A stretch of 58,791 nt of DNA from Candidatus Thorarchaeota archaeon (GTDB lineage Archaea; Asgardarchaeota; Thorarchaeia; Thorarchaeales; Thorarchaeaceae): positions 1 through 58,791 of the forward strand of contig JAEOUG010000046.1 of assembly GCA_016839445.1 (NCBI GenBank). Direction: 5' to 3'. Both the position numbers and the translations under genes were made by a program. The notes below the pieces were generated by a model. It did no database searches and had not been told where the DNA came from. It saw only the letters and a list, made by a program, of their open reading frames with translations. Shown here piece after piece: positions 1 to 9,577 of this stretch. Positions within the stretch are counted from its first letter, which is position 1, and every line of letters starts with the position of its first letter.

Positions 1-784
1 CATCGTTTACGCCCAGGACTACTCGGGTATCTAATCCGATTCGCTCCCCTGGGTTTCGTCCCTCACCGTCGGACGTGTTCTCGACGACCGCCTTCGCCAC
101 TGGTGGTCCTTCGTAGATCATTAGATTTCACCCTTACCTACGAAATACCGTCGTCGTCTCCCACTCCCAAGTAAGGCGGTATCCCTACCAGGCCGACCGT
201 TGGGCGGCCGGATTTAAGCAGGGACCTACCAAACCGGCTACGGACGCTTTAAGCTCAATAATTGTGGACACCACTCGAAGAGCTGGTTTTACCGCGGCGG
301 CTGGCACCAGCCTTGCCCTCTCCTTTCTAGCGGTCCATCATACGGATCCGCCACAGATGGAGTTATCCCCCATCACTCGGCTTGGCCCACTCACGCTTTC
401 GCGCATTGGTGAGGTTTCGTAACTGCTGCACCCCGTGGGGCTAGGGCCCTTGTCTCAGTGCCCTTCTCCGGGCCACGACTTACATCGCCCGTTCGGGTCA
501 TAACCTAAGTGGGCAATTACCCCACTTACAAGTATGATCCGGTGCCGCCCCGTCCTGTGGCGGAATATCCCACGTACCCGGGACACCCGTTTCAAGGCAA
601 CATCAGTTCCAGAACGATGCCTCTATGCCGGATTACCGCCAGTTTCCCGGCGTTGTCCGGCTCCACAGGGTAGGTTAGCGACACTACTGAGCCGTCCGCG
701 ACGGATTCGGATGCGAACCCGTTCCACTTGCATGTCTTATCCCCAAGCCGATAGCAGTGCCCTCTAGCAGGATCAACTAGAGTT
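1..784 (-). rRNA. rrs: 16S rRNA gene, 5' half (truncated by window start)
   Basis: Reverse complement holds universal SSU motifs GTTGATCCTGC (5' end), GTGCCAGCCGCCGCGGTAA (515F site) and ATTAGATACCCGAGTAGTCC (806 site); archaeal-type 5' end. Confidence 0.98.
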
Positions 785-1097
785 AATCCAAACCGTACAT
801 GTTGGCAAGGTACAACTGGAGTAGTATTCAGTTGTCATGCACGATCTATAGCACACTTGAACTTTGCTTGATGAAGTACAGGCGTAACGGGGTTAGACCA
901 GAGATGGCTTACCCATTGTACCTGCACATTGTTGAGCGTATCTTAGACCTGAGGGGATTCTGGCACTCGTGCCAGTCTATCTCACGTCCGCATCTTATTT
1001 TCGCATCTGGAAATCGCGGGCTATCATCGCTTGGCACTCGCCGACAGCATCCAGCCTGACACCGTATGACGCGAAAGCAAACTTTCCGCGAACAGTT

Positions 1098-1116
1098 CGA
1101 ATAAAAAGCTTTCCAA
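1098..1116 (-). promoter_or_regulatory. candidate BRE/TATA promoter of the 16S precursor
   Basis: Minus strand GGAAAGCTTTTTATTCG, purine-rich BRE then TTTTAT, ~320 nt upstream of the mature 16S 5' end. Confidence 0.5.
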
Positions 1117-1185
1117 GGAGCCGCTTTTGGAAGGGCTCCGGAAGGCTCCTGAGGGGATTCTGTGGGGCATGGACGGCGTTCAGTA

Positions 1186-1611
1186 CTACGAGAACATCTC
1201 TCTGCTAACAGATCGGCCGCAGTACTCGCACTTCACGACCTTCCCATTCCTTATCTCTGATATCTCGTCTGGTTCCAGGGCCGCGCCGCAATTGACGCAC
1301 TCCCACTCTCCAACCATCAACTTGCCGGGAGCCTTCTGGTGAGGTTCGTCGACAATCTCTCCCTTCTGCTTCAGGAAGCACCTTCTGCATAGCCTCGGAA
1401 GGGTGATCCCACGTCTACGTGCCCGCAAGATGCGCCGCAGGATTGGTGGTTCGATTGGTTCACCACAGTCCTTGCAGACAAGCACGGCTTCGCCCTGCCG
1501 GGCGCCTCTCATCATACAAGCTCGACAGAGGAGTGGTCCTCCAGACACCTCTCGTAGGCGTTGTGCTGCGCGCGGCGGAATGTGTTTTCCGCACTGTTCA
1601 CATTGTGGCAT
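1186..1611 (-). CDS. triple zinc-ribbon protein
   Basis: Six CxxC motifs (CEQC/CRAC, CKDC/CRRC, CVNC/CEYC), Arg-rich. Confidence 0.75.
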   Translation of the reverse strand: MPQCEQCGKHIPPRAAQRLREVSGGPLLCRACMMRGARQGEAVLVCKDCGEPIEPPILRRILRARRRGITLPRLCRRCFLKQKGEIVDEPHQKAPGKLMVGEWECVNCGAALEPDEISEIRNGKVVKCEYCGRSVSREMFS

Positions 1612-1677
1612 CTATGTCACCAGGATTGATTCAGGATTGGGCGTAATAGGCTAATCATGTTTGCTGAAGGGTGATGG

Positions 1678-1701
1678 AAGGGCGGGACAGAGCCCGCCTT
1701 T
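1678..1701 (-). terminator. GC-rich hairpin downstream of the secreted-protein gene
   Basis: AAGGGCGGG-acagag-CCCGCCTTT inverted repeat; no clear U tract. Confidence 0.35.
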
Positions 1702-1760
1702 CGATGCAACCAGTCAGAACCGATTGCACATCCTGCAGTCATTAGTCGCTTCCATCATTG

Positions 1761-2309
1761 TTAAGCTCGGTGAATCCTCCCGAGCTGAGCTACCACAAAG
1801 GCAGCATCGTCCACATTCAAGATCCCCCTCATTATCAGCACAGGTCCGAAACGCTGAGTGCGCTTCACGCCGCCTACAAAGGCCAGGGATGCTGCCTCGC
1901 CGTTTGGCCCTGTCATGTTGATCTTGAAGCCAAACACCACAGTCACATTGATTTCGCTGTTCTGGGGGCGAGCTGCGAAACCCACACCCTCATCCACTCT
2001 GAACTCCGTGTCATTTAGAGTAAACATGCCGCCTTGGACTCTGAGAAGAACTCCACGAGGAGCTATCTCCTCGATTGTGAATTCCAGAGTCATTCGAGTC
2101 ACGTATGTGAAACGAAACTCGTCTTCCGTCACCACTGGGCCTGCTCTGCCACGGGCCACTATCTCAAAGGACGCCCCAATGTTTGCGGTCGCTGCAGGAG
2201 GCGATTCAAGCACTGCTGCAGCGTCCGCGGTTGTTGTCAATAGAGGGGTTACGATGGCGAAGACTAGAACTAGGACCGATGTGAGCGTGATAGTCTTGGC
2301 GTGCTTCAT
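1761..2309 (-). CDS. secreted beta-rich hypothetical protein
   Basis: Start re-called at ATG 2309, giving signal peptide MKHAKTITLTSVLVLVFAIVTPLLTTTADA; alternating beta-strand pattern. Confidence 0.65.
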   Translation of the reverse strand: MKHAKTITLTSVLVLVFAIVTPLLTTTADAAAVLESPPAATANIGASFEIVARGRAGPVVTEDEFRFTYVTRMTLEFTIEEIAPRGVLLRVQGGMFTLNDTEFRVDEGVGFAARPQNSEINVTVVFGFKINMTGPNGEAASLAFVGGVKRTQRFGPVLIMRGILNVDDAAFVVAQLGRIHRA

Positions 2310-2488
2310 GGTTTGGTCGTAATAGCGTGAGATTCTGAACATAAAGGCGGAATGAAGGATTCCACTAGATGATTCGTCCATAGTAAACCTCTCCGCACGA
2401 TTTGTCACCGATTCACCCAAAAGCGGATAGACGAATCATCCACTCACAATAAGACCTGAAACGAAGATTCAAGGATAGGCGTCACCCA

Positions 2489-3106
2489 ATGCAAGTGGAA
2501 GCAGCAATTCGATTGGACCTACTCTTCGAGACCATCAGTGGCATCATTGCGTTACTGGTGACCATATACGCGAGCAGAGCATACCGGCTCACGGAGCAGA
2601 AGAGGCTCTCTGATCTGTCAACTGGGTTCATGGTGCTATCGGCGGGGATGTTCGGCCGTGTCATTGGCACATGGTATTTCTTCGTGAGATGGGGCGGAGA
2701 AGGGGAAGTACCTCCAAGCCTCAGATTCTTGATAGCAGTCGTGACCATAGCCTATGGGGCCTCTCGAATCATGGCGTACGTCATCTTCGCCATCGCCCTA
2801 CGGCCTTCCAGGAAGGTTGATCTGCCAGAGGCTGCAGTCATGCTTGCCCTTCCAGTGCTTGTTGACCCAACTCTCGAGATTGTGGCAATCTTAGTATTGG
2901 TCATCGTGGTGCTGCAGGCCCTAACGAACTACTTCACGCGTAGGAGCAGTTTCGGCCTCTATGTCCTGGCTGGGTTCTTCCTGCTACTCCTGAGTCATCT
3001 GATGCTCGCGCAGGCGATTCTGAACTCGGGCATGTACCTGCTCAGTCAGATAACGCAGCTCCTTGGATTCTTCTCGTTTCTCGTCCTGTTGAAGAAGACA
3101 GGCTGA
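2489..3106 (+). CDS. integral membrane protein, about 7 TM
   Basis: Six to seven hydrophobic segments; 5 nt upstream of wHTH gene. Confidence 0.75.
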   Translation: MQVEAAIRLDLLFETISGIIALLVTIYASRAYRLTEQKRLSDLSTGFMVLSAGMFGRVIGTWYFFVRWGGEGEVPPSLRFLIAVVTIAYGASRIMAYVIFAIALRPSRKVDLPEAAVMLALPVLVDPTLEIVAILVLVIVVLQALTNYFTRRSSFGLYVLAGFFLLLLSHLMLAQAILNSGMYLLSQITQLLGFFSFLVLLKKTG

Positions 3107-3111
3107 ACCAA

Positions 3112-3405
3112 ATGAGTAAGAAACGGGCCTATCGCTCCAAGATGCGCATCTTAGCGGACATGATGCGAGCCATTCAGGTAGAGGGTGAGGAAGGAGCGGG
3201 CCCTACGAAGATACTGTATGCTGCAAACCTGTCACATGACAGGCTCACGCAGTATCTCGACGAGCTAGTGGAAAAAGAACTCATAGATGAAAGAAACCAG
3301 GACGAGAGCAACAGGAGCTATGTCCTGACAGAGAAGGGAAGGGAGTTCCTCCGCGAGTACATCAGAGTGGAGAGGTTCTCCGAAGCCTTTGGCATAGAGA
3401 TTTGA
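3112..3405 (+). CDS. winged helix-turn-helix transcriptional regulator
   Basis: YRSKMRILADM...PTKILYAANLS...YLDELVEKELI...YVLTEKGREFL, typical archaeal wHTH. Confidence 0.88.
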   Translation: MSKKRAYRSKMRILADMMRAIQVEGEEGAGPTKILYAANLSHDRLTQYLDELVEKELIDERNQDESNRSYVLTEKGREFLREYIRVERFSEAFGIEI

Positions 3406-3488
3406 CACGGAGTCGTTCAGACAAAGTTTTAAGATATCCCAGTCTGGACTCGCGAGGGGCGCCTACAGTCGTGGGCCAGCCGCAAACA

Positions 3489-3595
3489 GGGCCGGTAGAT
3501 CAGCCTGGTAGATCGTCTGATTCGCAAGCCTGTGGGCTTGCCCTGCAGACCGACTCTTCAGAAGGTCGCGAGTTCAAATCTCGCCCGGTCCACCA
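3489..3595 (+). tRNA. tRNA-Ala(CGC) with 30-nt intron (3527-3556)
   Basis: Acceptor GGGCCGG/CCGGTCC with G3:U70, anticodon stem TCTGA/TCAGA, GTTCAAATC T-loop, encoded CCA. Confidence 0.93.
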
Positions 3596-3598
3596 CTC

Positions 3599-4780
3599 TC
3601 ATTTCTCTGAATGCGTCTTCACAATTAGAAGAATGACCAAGGCCAGAAGCGTCAGGACAACAGAATACTGAAACGCAAACACTGGAGACCCAGCAATGGC
3701 CATTGACAGGTCCCAGAGGAATCCGATGATGATACCAGCAGGAAGCGCGGTGATGCCGATGGCCATCTGAAATGCCCCAATGATACTTGCCCGTCGCTCC
3801 TTCTCGACTAGGTCTGCCACTAGACTAGTCTGGACGGGGTCAAGTGCACCGTTCATCAGTCCAAAGAAGAGGAACATTGGTACGAGGGACCATAAGTCCA
3901 CAACAAGGTAGAACCATAGAGATGTCACGATAAGCAGAAGGAACGCGCAAAGAAGGACAGGTCTTCTGCCGACCCTGTCGGAGAACCTTCCAAAGGGATA
4001 TGCACTTGTAGCATAGACTATGGTGAACAACAGATAGAGCAGTGTCTGCTGTTCCACTGTAGAGGAGTGCCCTGTGGACAAGAAGATCAGCAGAGAGTAG
4101 CTGTAGGTCGCCAAGGCGAATAACACGGAGGCAACCAGGAAGAGCAAGAGATTCCTGTCAAGTCCTCTGAAGCTGACACCCTTGAAGACATCACGTCCTC
4201 TTTGCTCTTTGATCAGTGTGGTAACTATGATGACAGAACCGGCGGTGGGTACAACAGCGAGGAGGATGATACCAGCGTAGCCCAAGTACCTGAATAGAAG
4301 CAGTGTGATAAGGGTCCCTGCTACAGCTCCTGCCGTGTCAAGAGACCTCAGGATGCCGAAGGCTCTCCCACGAGTCTTTTCCTGTGCATGGTCTGCGACA
4401 ATAGCGTCTCGTGGAGGACCCCGCATCTTCCCGAGTCGGTCCATGGACTTCCAGAAGATGAGATGCTGGAGCCTGTAGGCAAAGAATGAAACGAGCAGGA
4501 AGCCTAAGCGGGATACCATGGACATGCTGTAGCCTATGGTGATGAAGAGCTTCCGTCTGCCGGTTCGGTCAGAGGCATACCCTGCGCCCAGCTTGGCAAT
4601 GGATGTGACTGTAAGAGCGAGGCCATCAACAACCTGAACTTGGCCCTGAGTGAGTCCAAGACCAGTGAGGAAGGTGGGCCAGATAGGAGCAATCATGTCA
4701 GAGCCAGCATCGTTGAGAAACGAGGCGGCCCCGAGAACATAGGCGGGGTCTCTCTGCTTTTCCGGTACTTCATTCTCCAT
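3599..4780 (-). CDS. MFS transporter
   Basis: About 12 TM; motif A copies GYASDRTGRRK and GRFSDRVGRR. Confidence 0.92.
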   Translation of the reverse strand: MENEVPEKQRDPAYVLGAASFLNDAGSDMIAPIWPTFLTGLGLTQGQVQVVDGLALTVTSIAKLGAGYASDRTGRRKLFITIGYSMSMVSRLGFLLVSFFAYRLQHLIFWKSMDRLGKMRGPPRDAIVADHAQEKTRGRAFGILRSLDTAGAVAGTLITLLLFRYLGYAGIILLAVVPTAGSVIIVTTLIKEQRGRDVFKGVSFRGLDRNLLLFLVASVLFALATYSYSLLIFLSTGHSSTVEQQTLLYLLFTIVYATSAYPFGRFSDRVGRRPVLLCAFLLLIVTSLWFYLVVDLWSLVPMFLFFGLMNGALDPVQTSLVADLVEKERRASIIGAFQMAIGITALPAGIIIGFLWDLSMAIAGSPVFAFQYSVVLTLLALVILLIVKTHSEK

Positions 4781-4888
4781 GTTCTATCAGACCACAGTCT
4801 GTGTCTGGCCACACGGCTGCTCTTATCTTCCTTGTCAGTAGACAGCTCTATCCAAACCCATTTTACGCTCACACTTGATGTAGTAGAC

Positions 4889-5281
4889 ATGGTCGATGTC
4901 TTGAGAAAAGAACTCACCCTCGAGTTCGATGCAGCAGTGAAGCGAGTGGAGGAGGCCTGCGCCAGCGAAGGATTCGGACTACTCCTGACAAAGGCTCTTG
5001 ACAAGGTATTCAAGGACAAGCTGGGAGTAGATTCCCAAAGGTATACCTTCGTACTTGCCTGCGCTCCAGAGCTAGCTAAGATGGCACTCGATGCCTCCAA
5101 GTATGTTGGCACACTCTTTCCGTGCAGCTTCGTGGTCTATGAAGAAAACGGGAAGGTCATTGTGGCACATACCTCCATCATGAAGGCGGCCTCAGAGCTT
5201 GGCCTAGTAACCAAGGAGGCCATGGAACCAGTCATCGAGGAGACCGGTAAGCGCATCAGCAAGGTCTGGGCGAAGATCTAG
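4889..5281 (+). CDS. DUF302 family protein
   Basis: Start re-called at ATG 4889; LACAPELA...GTLFPCSFVVYE motif. Confidence 0.8.
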   Translation: MVDVLRKELTLEFDAAVKRVEEACASEGFGLLLTKALDKVFKDKLGVDSQRYTFVLACAPELAKMALDASKYVGTLFPCSFVVYEENGKVIVAHTSIMKAASELGLVTKEAMEPVIEETGKRISKVWAKI

Positions 5282-5332
5282 ACCTGTAGACTTGTCGAAA
5301 GCTTGACAAGACCCGTTGTCAAGCAATGCAGT

Positions 5333-6103
5333 ATGACGGATGACCTGAAGGAGCAATGGGAAGCGAATGCTCGGGTCTTCGCCGAGCTCATCGGCGACAG
5401 GGGAACTCCACACCATAGAATCATTCTGAATCCGTGTGTAGAGAGGCTATTGGGAGATGTTCAAGGCAAGACCCTGCTAGACGCTGGGTGCGGAGAGGGC
5501 TATCTCTCGAGATACTACGCCAAGATGGGTGCAGAGGTCACTGGAGTGGACATCTCAGCAGGACTTCTGGAGAGAGCAGAGGCACTCACCAATTCATCGT
5601 TAGGGGTATCATACAGAAGTGGAGACATCTGCAGCTTGGATGAGCTTGATGACGCGCGGTTCGATCTTGTACTCTGCAACTTGGTTCTGTTGAACACCCC
5701 GTGTCTTGATGAGGCCCTTTCTGAATTCCGGAGAATCCTCAGACCTAGCGGAATCCTGGTCTTCTCGATAGTCCATCCTGCATTCGATTTCTACGGGCCT
5801 GGCGATTGGGAGATGGGTGAGAAGGACCCGAACACCGGGAGGAGGACAGGGCTCTTCTTCAGAGTAGACAGGTACACCGAGGAATTGGAGTACAAGAGGT
5901 ATTGGAGAACCCGGGAGGGAGAGAAGTTCCCTGAACCTTTCAGCTTCTACCATCGAACCATTTCCACGTATGTCAAGGCCATCCTGGAGTCGGGCTTAAG
6001 AATAGTGGCTCTTGAGGAACCCCTTCCCTCCGAAGATAGTGAGTTCTTTGACAGAGAGAGAAGAGTGCCGTTCTTCATGGTATTCAAGGCAGTCAAGGAG
6101 TGA
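5333..6103 (+). CDS. class I SAM-dependent methyltransferase
   Basis: LLDAGCGEG, GVDIS, FDLVLC, ILRPSG motifs. Confidence 0.92.
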   Translation: MTDDLKEQWEANARVFAELIGDRGTPHHRIILNPCVERLLGDVQGKTLLDAGCGEGYLSRYYAKMGAEVTGVDISAGLLERAEALTNSSLGVSYRSGDICSLDELDDARFDLVLCNLVLLNTPCLDEALSEFRRILRPSGILVFSIVHPAFDFYGPGDWEMGEKDPNTGRRTGLFFRVDRYTEELEYKRYWRTREGEKFPEPFSFYHRTISTYVKAILESGLRIVALEEPLPSEDSEFFDRERRVPFFMVFKAVKE

Positions 6104-6153
6104 GCCATTGCCATGCCCAAACGCTTTTTCCTTCTGATGATGACGACTCCTCT

Positions 6154-6594
6154 ATGAGCGAAGGCAGCAATGAACCCAGATTGTTTCCTGTGACTCTGAA
6201 ATGGGCAGGGAACAAGGCCGGAGAACTGCTTGTGAAAGGAAAGGCTGTCATCATGACGGGGGTGCCATCCGATGAGGATAGTGCCAAGGGGCATTCCCCG
6301 GAAGACCTGTTTGTTGCCTCCGCCACGGTATGCTACATGAACGGCTTCGTAGAATTCACAAGGAAGATGAGGATCGGATTCGAATCATTCAGCTGCGAGG
6401 CTGTGGGCAAGCTTGAGATGGTCGGCAGGAGTTTCGAGATCACAGGTATCAAGATGACAGCTAGAGTGGGCATCGCGTCAGAGGAGATAAGAGGCAAGAT
6501 TAGCAGGGCGTTGGAGTTGGCTGCGAAGTACTGCTTCGTGGGAAATAGCATGAAGTGTCCAATCAACCATGAAACCGAGATCTTCGTGGTCTAG
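6154..6594 (+). CDS. OsmC/Ohr family protein
   Basis: SPEDLFVASATVCY and AKYCFVGNS two-Cys motifs; start re-called at ATG 6154. Confidence 0.88.
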   Translation: MSEGSNEPRLFPVTLKWAGNKAGELLVKGKAVIMTGVPSDEDSAKGHSPEDLFVASATVCYMNGFVEFTRKMRIGFESFSCEAVGKLEMVGRSFEITGIKMTARVGIASEEIRGKISRALELAAKYCFVGNSMKCPINHETEIFVV

Positions 6595-6652
6595 ATGTTC
6601 CTGCATCAGAAGGCTTTTCCTAGTGTCTTCATGTTCTCACGCAGGTGTTTGA

Positions 6653-7087
6653 TTGAGCGAAGACAAGCATACCTACAATGTTCGCGTCGACTGGACACAT
6701 GATAGAGTTGGAAGACTGACCATAGAGGGCAAGCCCGAGATAGCTGTTGCATCACCTCCTGAATTCGAAGGACCAGAGGGGATTGTCACGCCCGAGGACA
6801 TGTTTGTGGCTGCGTCAGCTTCGTGCCTAATGACGACCTTCGTCACCTTCACAAAGAAGATGCGTTTTGACTACGAGTCATTCACCGTTGAGGGAGAAGG
6901 AACGCTGGAGAGAGTCGAGAAAGGATTCCAATTCACGAGAATCGTGTTGAAGACCAGAGTTGTCGTTGCCACCGACGAATTGGTGTCAAAGGCCGAACGT
7001 GCACTGGAGCTTGCAGGCAAGTACTGCCTCGTTTCCAATAGCATGAAGTGTGAGACAATCCATGAGAACGAGGTCCTAGTGAAGTAG
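6653..7087 (+). CDS. OsmC/Ohr family protein
   Basis: SPPEFEG...TPEDMFVAASASCL, GKYCLVSNS; TTG start after AGGTG SD. Confidence 0.9.
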   Translation: MSEDKHTYNVRVDWTHDRVGRLTIEGKPEIAVASPPEFEGPEGIVTPEDMFVAASASCLMTTFVTFTKKMRFDYESFTVEGEGTLERVEKGFQFTRIVLKTRVVVATDELVSKAERALELAGKYCLVSNSMKCETIHENEVLVK

Positions 7088-7108
7088 AACCCCGTTTCAG
7101 TTGTCGAG

Positions 7109-9577
7109 CTATTCCTCAGTCTCAGGGAGCCGAACGTAGATTACCTCGTCACGCTCTGGGATCTCCACCTTGACTAGGGATGCCTCGTCGGGCTTCTCGA
7201 GATGTACTGCATCCAGCCCGTGCATGGCCTGAAGGTCCCTGGACCATGGTGCGAGCGCCTTTGGAATCACTGCTTCAGGGAGTCCATTTCGTAGCGAGAG
7301 ATTATTCTCACGCTTCACCTTCCAGAAGGCAGAATTCGCCTGAAGGAGAAGCTCGGTATGAGAAGTCAGTTCTGAGGTCCGTTCTTCATGATGTTCTGGA
7401 TACTTCTCTCTGTGTATTCCTTTCTCGTTGTAGAGTTCTCGAAAGATGCGGTCGGTGATGAACGGTGTTATAGGAGCAAGTGCTCGGAGGATGATTTTGA
7501 GAGTTTCGTGTAGAGCGAACCATCCGGACTGCTGCTCATCTTCCGAGAAAGTAGCGTCCGTATTGAAACACCTGCCCTTCAGCATCTCCACTACATGGTC
7601 TGCGAAGAAGTTCCATGTGAAGCTCCGAATCTCTGTAGCAGGATTGTGGAAGTCGAGGAGGTCCATGTCGGGCAAGATTCTCTTCACCAGTGAGTTTGCC
7701 TCGGCGATGATCCACTGGTCCACAGGCGTGAGCTTCTCGAAATCAATGTCCTCTGGAACCGGGAACATAGATACGAAGCGTGCGATGTTCCAGAGCTTGG
7801 TCATGAACTTGGACACACCCGCCAATCGGTCTTCCGAGAAGCGAATATCACTCCCAAGTCCAGCTTCCAAAACTCCGAAGATTCGCATGGCATCAGCACC
7901 GTACTTCTCTACAAAGGGCATGGGAGGAGGTGAGTTGCCTTTTGACTTGCTCATAGCCTCACCATTCTCATCCACTACGTGACCAGAGATCCATATCTCC
8001 TTGAATGCCGGCTTCTTGAGCAACTGATAGGTTCGAAGTAGCGAGTAGTAGAGCCATGTCCTCACGATGTCCTTCCCTTGGGGCCGCATCACATTCCCGA
8101 ATGCCTTATGGAAGACATTGTCATCGCGTAGGTAGCGAATAGTATGAAGCCCACTTATGGAAGAATCCATCCAGGTATCGAATGTTCGCTCCTCACCCTT
8201 GAAGCCCTCGCTCTTCCCACATTTCGGACACTTGGTAAAGGGAGGATCTTCTCTCCAAGGCTGGTAGTACCGGAGCTCTCCTGTGTCAGGTAGAACCGCG
8301 GCACCACAGGAGTTGCAGTACCAGATGGGTAGCTCAGTACCGTAGTATCTGCGGCGACTCACAGGCCAGTCAACAGAGACTCTGTTCAGCCAATCAATGA
8401 GTATCTGACGGAACGGAGCTGGATAGATGGGAGTTTCTAGGGCAATCTTCATCAGATCGTTAATGAACTCAATCTGCTTCACGTAGTATTCTTCCATGGC
8501 GATGAATTCGATGGGGGTTCTGCTCCGCCAACACTGAGGCACGCGCTGCGTGGTCGACTCTTGCTTGAAGAGAATCTTCTCCTTCTTCAAGTCATCAATT
8601 ATCTGCCTTTTCGCATCCTCTGTCTTCATGCCTGCATACTTGCCTGCGGCTTCGGTCATGGTGCCATCTGGAGAGATTGCTGCAATTGGCTGCAGACCGA
8701 AGTCGCGGAATGCCATCACATCGCCTTGGTCGCCATAGGAGCACACCATCAGAGCACCAGTGCCAAACTCCATCATGGCTGTAGGACTCTCAATGATGGG
8801 CACCTTGAGCCCAAAGATTGGTACTTCCGCAGTCTTTCCGCCATACCCCTTGTATCGTTCGTCATCCGGATGAATGAATACAGCGCCGCAGGCGCAGAGC
8901 AGCTCTGGACGCGTGGTGGCAATCTCGATTGGCTCCATCCCCTCCACCTTGAAGTATAGGTAGTAGAGGACTGCAGGGCGCTCTTTGTATTCCACCTCAG
9001 CATCAGCAATTGTGGTACCGCACTCGAAGCACCAGTTGTTGGGTCTGTAATCACTGTACACAAGGCCCTTGTTCCAGATGTCGATGAAGGTGGCTTGCGT
9101 TGTGGCTCTATACTCAGGGCTATCTGTTCTGTAGCTGCCATCATCCTCATAGGTATTGAACCCAATGCCGAGCCGCTTGAATCCGTTGAGGGCCACTACT
9201 TCATCTCTGTCAAGAGTATCCTTACACTTCTGGATGAACTCGTCTCGAGGAGTACTGTGCATGCTTAGCCCCAAATCTTTCTCAACGCGAACTTCCACCG
9301 GCAATCCATTTCGATCGATGCCAAGAGGGAAATTGACTTCCCATCCCTGCATGCGTCTGTATCGAGCAATCTGGTCAATCTGGGTGTAGTGAATGACCTG
9401 ACCCACATGCATTGGACCTGACAGATAGGGAGGCGGAGTGTCCACTGTATAGATCTCCTTCCCCGAGTCAGGATTGAAGGCATACAGGTCCTCCTCAAAC
9501 CACTTCTTGAGGAGCTCTGCCTCATCCTCTGGTTTCCATCTCTTCGATGTGATAGCAGGTGTGAATTTCGTTGACAA
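7109..9577 (-). CDS. valS: valine--tRNA ligase
   Basis: DTPPPY, HVGQ (HIGH), ATTRPE, DWPVSRRRYYG, DTWMDSS, AMSKSKGN. Confidence 0.95.
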   Translation of the reverse strand: MSTKFTPAITSKRWKPEDEAELLKKWFEEDLYAFNPDSGKEIYTVDTPPPYLSGPMHVGQVIHYTQIDQIARYRRMQGWEVNFPLGIDRNGLPVEVRVEKDLGLSMHSTPRDEFIQKCKDTLDRDEVVALNGFKRLGIGFNTYEDDGSYRTDSPEYRATTQATFIDIWNKGLVYSDYRPNNWCFECGTTIADAEVEYKERPAVLYYLYFKVEGMEPIEIATTRPELLCACGAVFIHPDDERYKGYGGKTAEVPIFGLKVPIIESPTAMMEFGTGALMVCSYGDQGDVMAFRDFGLQPIAAISPDGTMTEAAGKYAGMKTEDAKRQIIDDLKKEKILFKQESTTQRVPQCWRSRTPIEFIAMEEYYVKQIEFINDLMKIALETPIYPAPFRQILIDWLNRVSVDWPVSRRRYYGTELPIWYCNSCGAAVLPDTGELRYYQPWREDPPFTKCPKCGKSEGFKGEERTFDTWMDSSISGLHTIRYLRDDNVFHKAFGNVMRPQGKDIVRTWLYYSLLRTYQLLKKPAFKEIWISGHVVDENGEAMSKSKGNSPPPMPFVEKYGADAMRIFGVLEAGLGSDIRFSEDRLAGVSKFMTKLWNIARFVSMFPVPEDIDFEKLTPVDQWIIAEANSLVKRILPDMDLLDFHNPATEIRSFTWNFFADHVVEMLKGRCFNTDATFSEDEQQSGWFALHETLKIILRALAPITPFITDRIFRELYNEKGIHREKYPEHHEERTSELTSHTELLLQANSAFWKVKRENNLSLRNGLPEAVIPKALAPWSRDLQAMHGLDAVHLEKPDEASLVKVEIPERDEVIYVRLPETEE

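Noticed and set aside
534-1208. Short + strand ORFs at the window start
   Set aside because: Antisense to the 16S rRNA and its leader; no protein motifs
3402-3671. ORFs spanning tRNA genes (also 11928-12287, 40302-40610)
   Set aside because: Coincide with tRNAs or antisense CDS
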